Below, piece by piece: positions 49,701 to 50,929 of a DNA stretch of 50,929 nt (positions within the stretch are counted from its first letter, which is position 1; each line of letters opens with the position of its first letter). The stretch is from Hydrurus foetidus (lineage: Eukaryota). The notes below the pieces were generated by a model. That model had not been told where the DNA came from. It saw nothing but the letters and a program-made list of their open reading frames with translations, and made no database searches. The stretch covers positions 1 through 50,929 of the forward strand of contig UYFQ01000422.1 of NCBI GenBank assembly GCA_900617105.1, written 5' to 3'. Both the position numbers and the translations under genes were made by a program.

Positions 49701-50523
49701 TTTTAACTTTGAGCAGTTAGGCAGAGTTGTCATATCCATGGAAGGTTTCATAAAAGACTTGTTAGACGATTGCATAGAGATTGTGGGGGTGTCTAGAACA
49801 CCTGCCGACGATAATCTATTCAAGATCGATCTTAACAGTCCTTTATTGAAAGATAAAGAACGTGAGAGATTCCACTCACTAACAGCTAAGTTGTTATATT
49901 TAAGTAAGAGAACCAGACCAGATATACTGACATGTATAGCATATCTAACAAAAAGAGTCTTAGAACCTAGAACCGATGACTGGAATAAGTTAGCGCATAC
50001 TATACGGTATATCAGAGAGACCAGAGCTATGCCGCTGACCCTAGAGGTAGATACTCCGGTTAAGGTTATAGCCTATATAGATGCATCATACGCTGTACAT
50101 GCAGATAAGAAGAGTCACACTGGCTGCATTATAACACTAGGTAAGGGAGCAATATATGGTAAGAGTTCGACTCAGAAATTAAATACTACGTCTAGCACAG
50201 AGGCAGAACTAGTAGCTATGACTGAAGCAGGTAATCAGGTTTTATGGACTAGGAATTTCCTCATCCATCAAGAGTATAAGGTAGGTCCAGCGTTAATTTA
50301 CCAAGATAACCTATCCACAATTCAGTTAGTTAAGAACGGTAGGTCCAACAGTGAAAGAACTAGACACATAGACATCAAGTTTTTCTTCCTGCATGACCGA
50401 ATTAAATCAGACCATATTATTGTAACCTACAAGAGTACTAAAGAAATGATTGCAGATTTGCTGACCAAGCCACTGCAGGGGAAGCTATTCCAAGAGCTAC
50501 GCGACCAAGTGCTCAATGTATAA
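46743..50523 (+). CDS. pol: Copia Pol (protease, integrase, RT, RNase H), broken by two -1 frameshifts as assembled
   Basis: PR LLDTCAAES. IN YIDLMFVN...RIDGE...VERKIRVIKER. PRRSAR. RT KSRLVAGG, KALYG and IHVDD. RH IDASYA, SSTEAE, QDN and ADLLTKPL. Shifts near 48775 and 48982. Confidence 0.9.
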
Positions 50524-50929
50524 AGAAATTCAGGGAGTTATTTATTGATTTTGACTTACCCACTTATAGCGCTTTTTCCAGATAAATTACAAAATAAAAA
50601 TAAAAATCTGATTTCGCTTTAAATCAACATTTGTTTGATAGGACCGCGAGGGACATCGATGCACCGCTTTGCGACATCGAATGTCGACGTTTTAGCGGAT
50701 TTAAGGGCACCAACATCGGTTGGATCGAACTCGAGACCGGTCACCAGCTGAGGCTTTTTTGACGGTTTAGAAATAGTTTTTCTCGAGTAATACCCATCCA
50801 CTAATCCAACCACCCATGTTTTATTTTACACCATATCACGACGCAACTTGTCAATATTAAAAATTCCGTGAAAAATATTTTTAAGAAAATTTACTGTTTA
50901 CCATACCCCAACACTAAGTTCCCTATCTG

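Larger units (their letters stand above)
45276..50538 (+). mobile_element. Ty1/copia LTR retrotransposon (CoDi-like)
   Basis: Domain order is gag-PR-IN-RT-RH. A PPT-like AAGAAATTCAGGGAG follows the pol stop. Confidence 0.93.

Overview
Eukaryotic, intron-containing genomic DNA. It is most likely from a plastid-bearing stramenopile (ochrophyte, chrysophyte-like style); this is inferred from bipartite 'A/G-F' plastid signals, a CYP97, a bZIP-PAS factor and a CoDi-like copia element. About 14 host genes are present: a type I membrane protein with an uncharacterised extracellular domain, a DUF1279/FAM210-like protein, an EF-hand coiled-coil protein, CYP97, SLBP, three tandem HS3ST/NDST-like sulfotransferases, CCT4, a plastid PH-domain protein, importin-4, bZIP-PAS, a SWSAP1-like ATPase, an amino-acid transporter and a P3A H+-ATPase. 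The mobile elements are a ~206-bp MITE, a 644-bp hAT non-autonomous element with an 8-bp TSD, a 3.7-kb TIR element with a 10-bp TSD that carries an orphan Cys/His ORF and has a 935-bp foldback nested in its left TIR, and a Ty1/copia element with gag and pol in a -1 arrangement. The most notable unexplained structure is a 267-nt imperfect intergenic hairpin (27786-28052) with miRNA-precursor-like architecture. Exon boundaries were read by eye from GT-AG sites and reading-frame continuity. No database searches were run.
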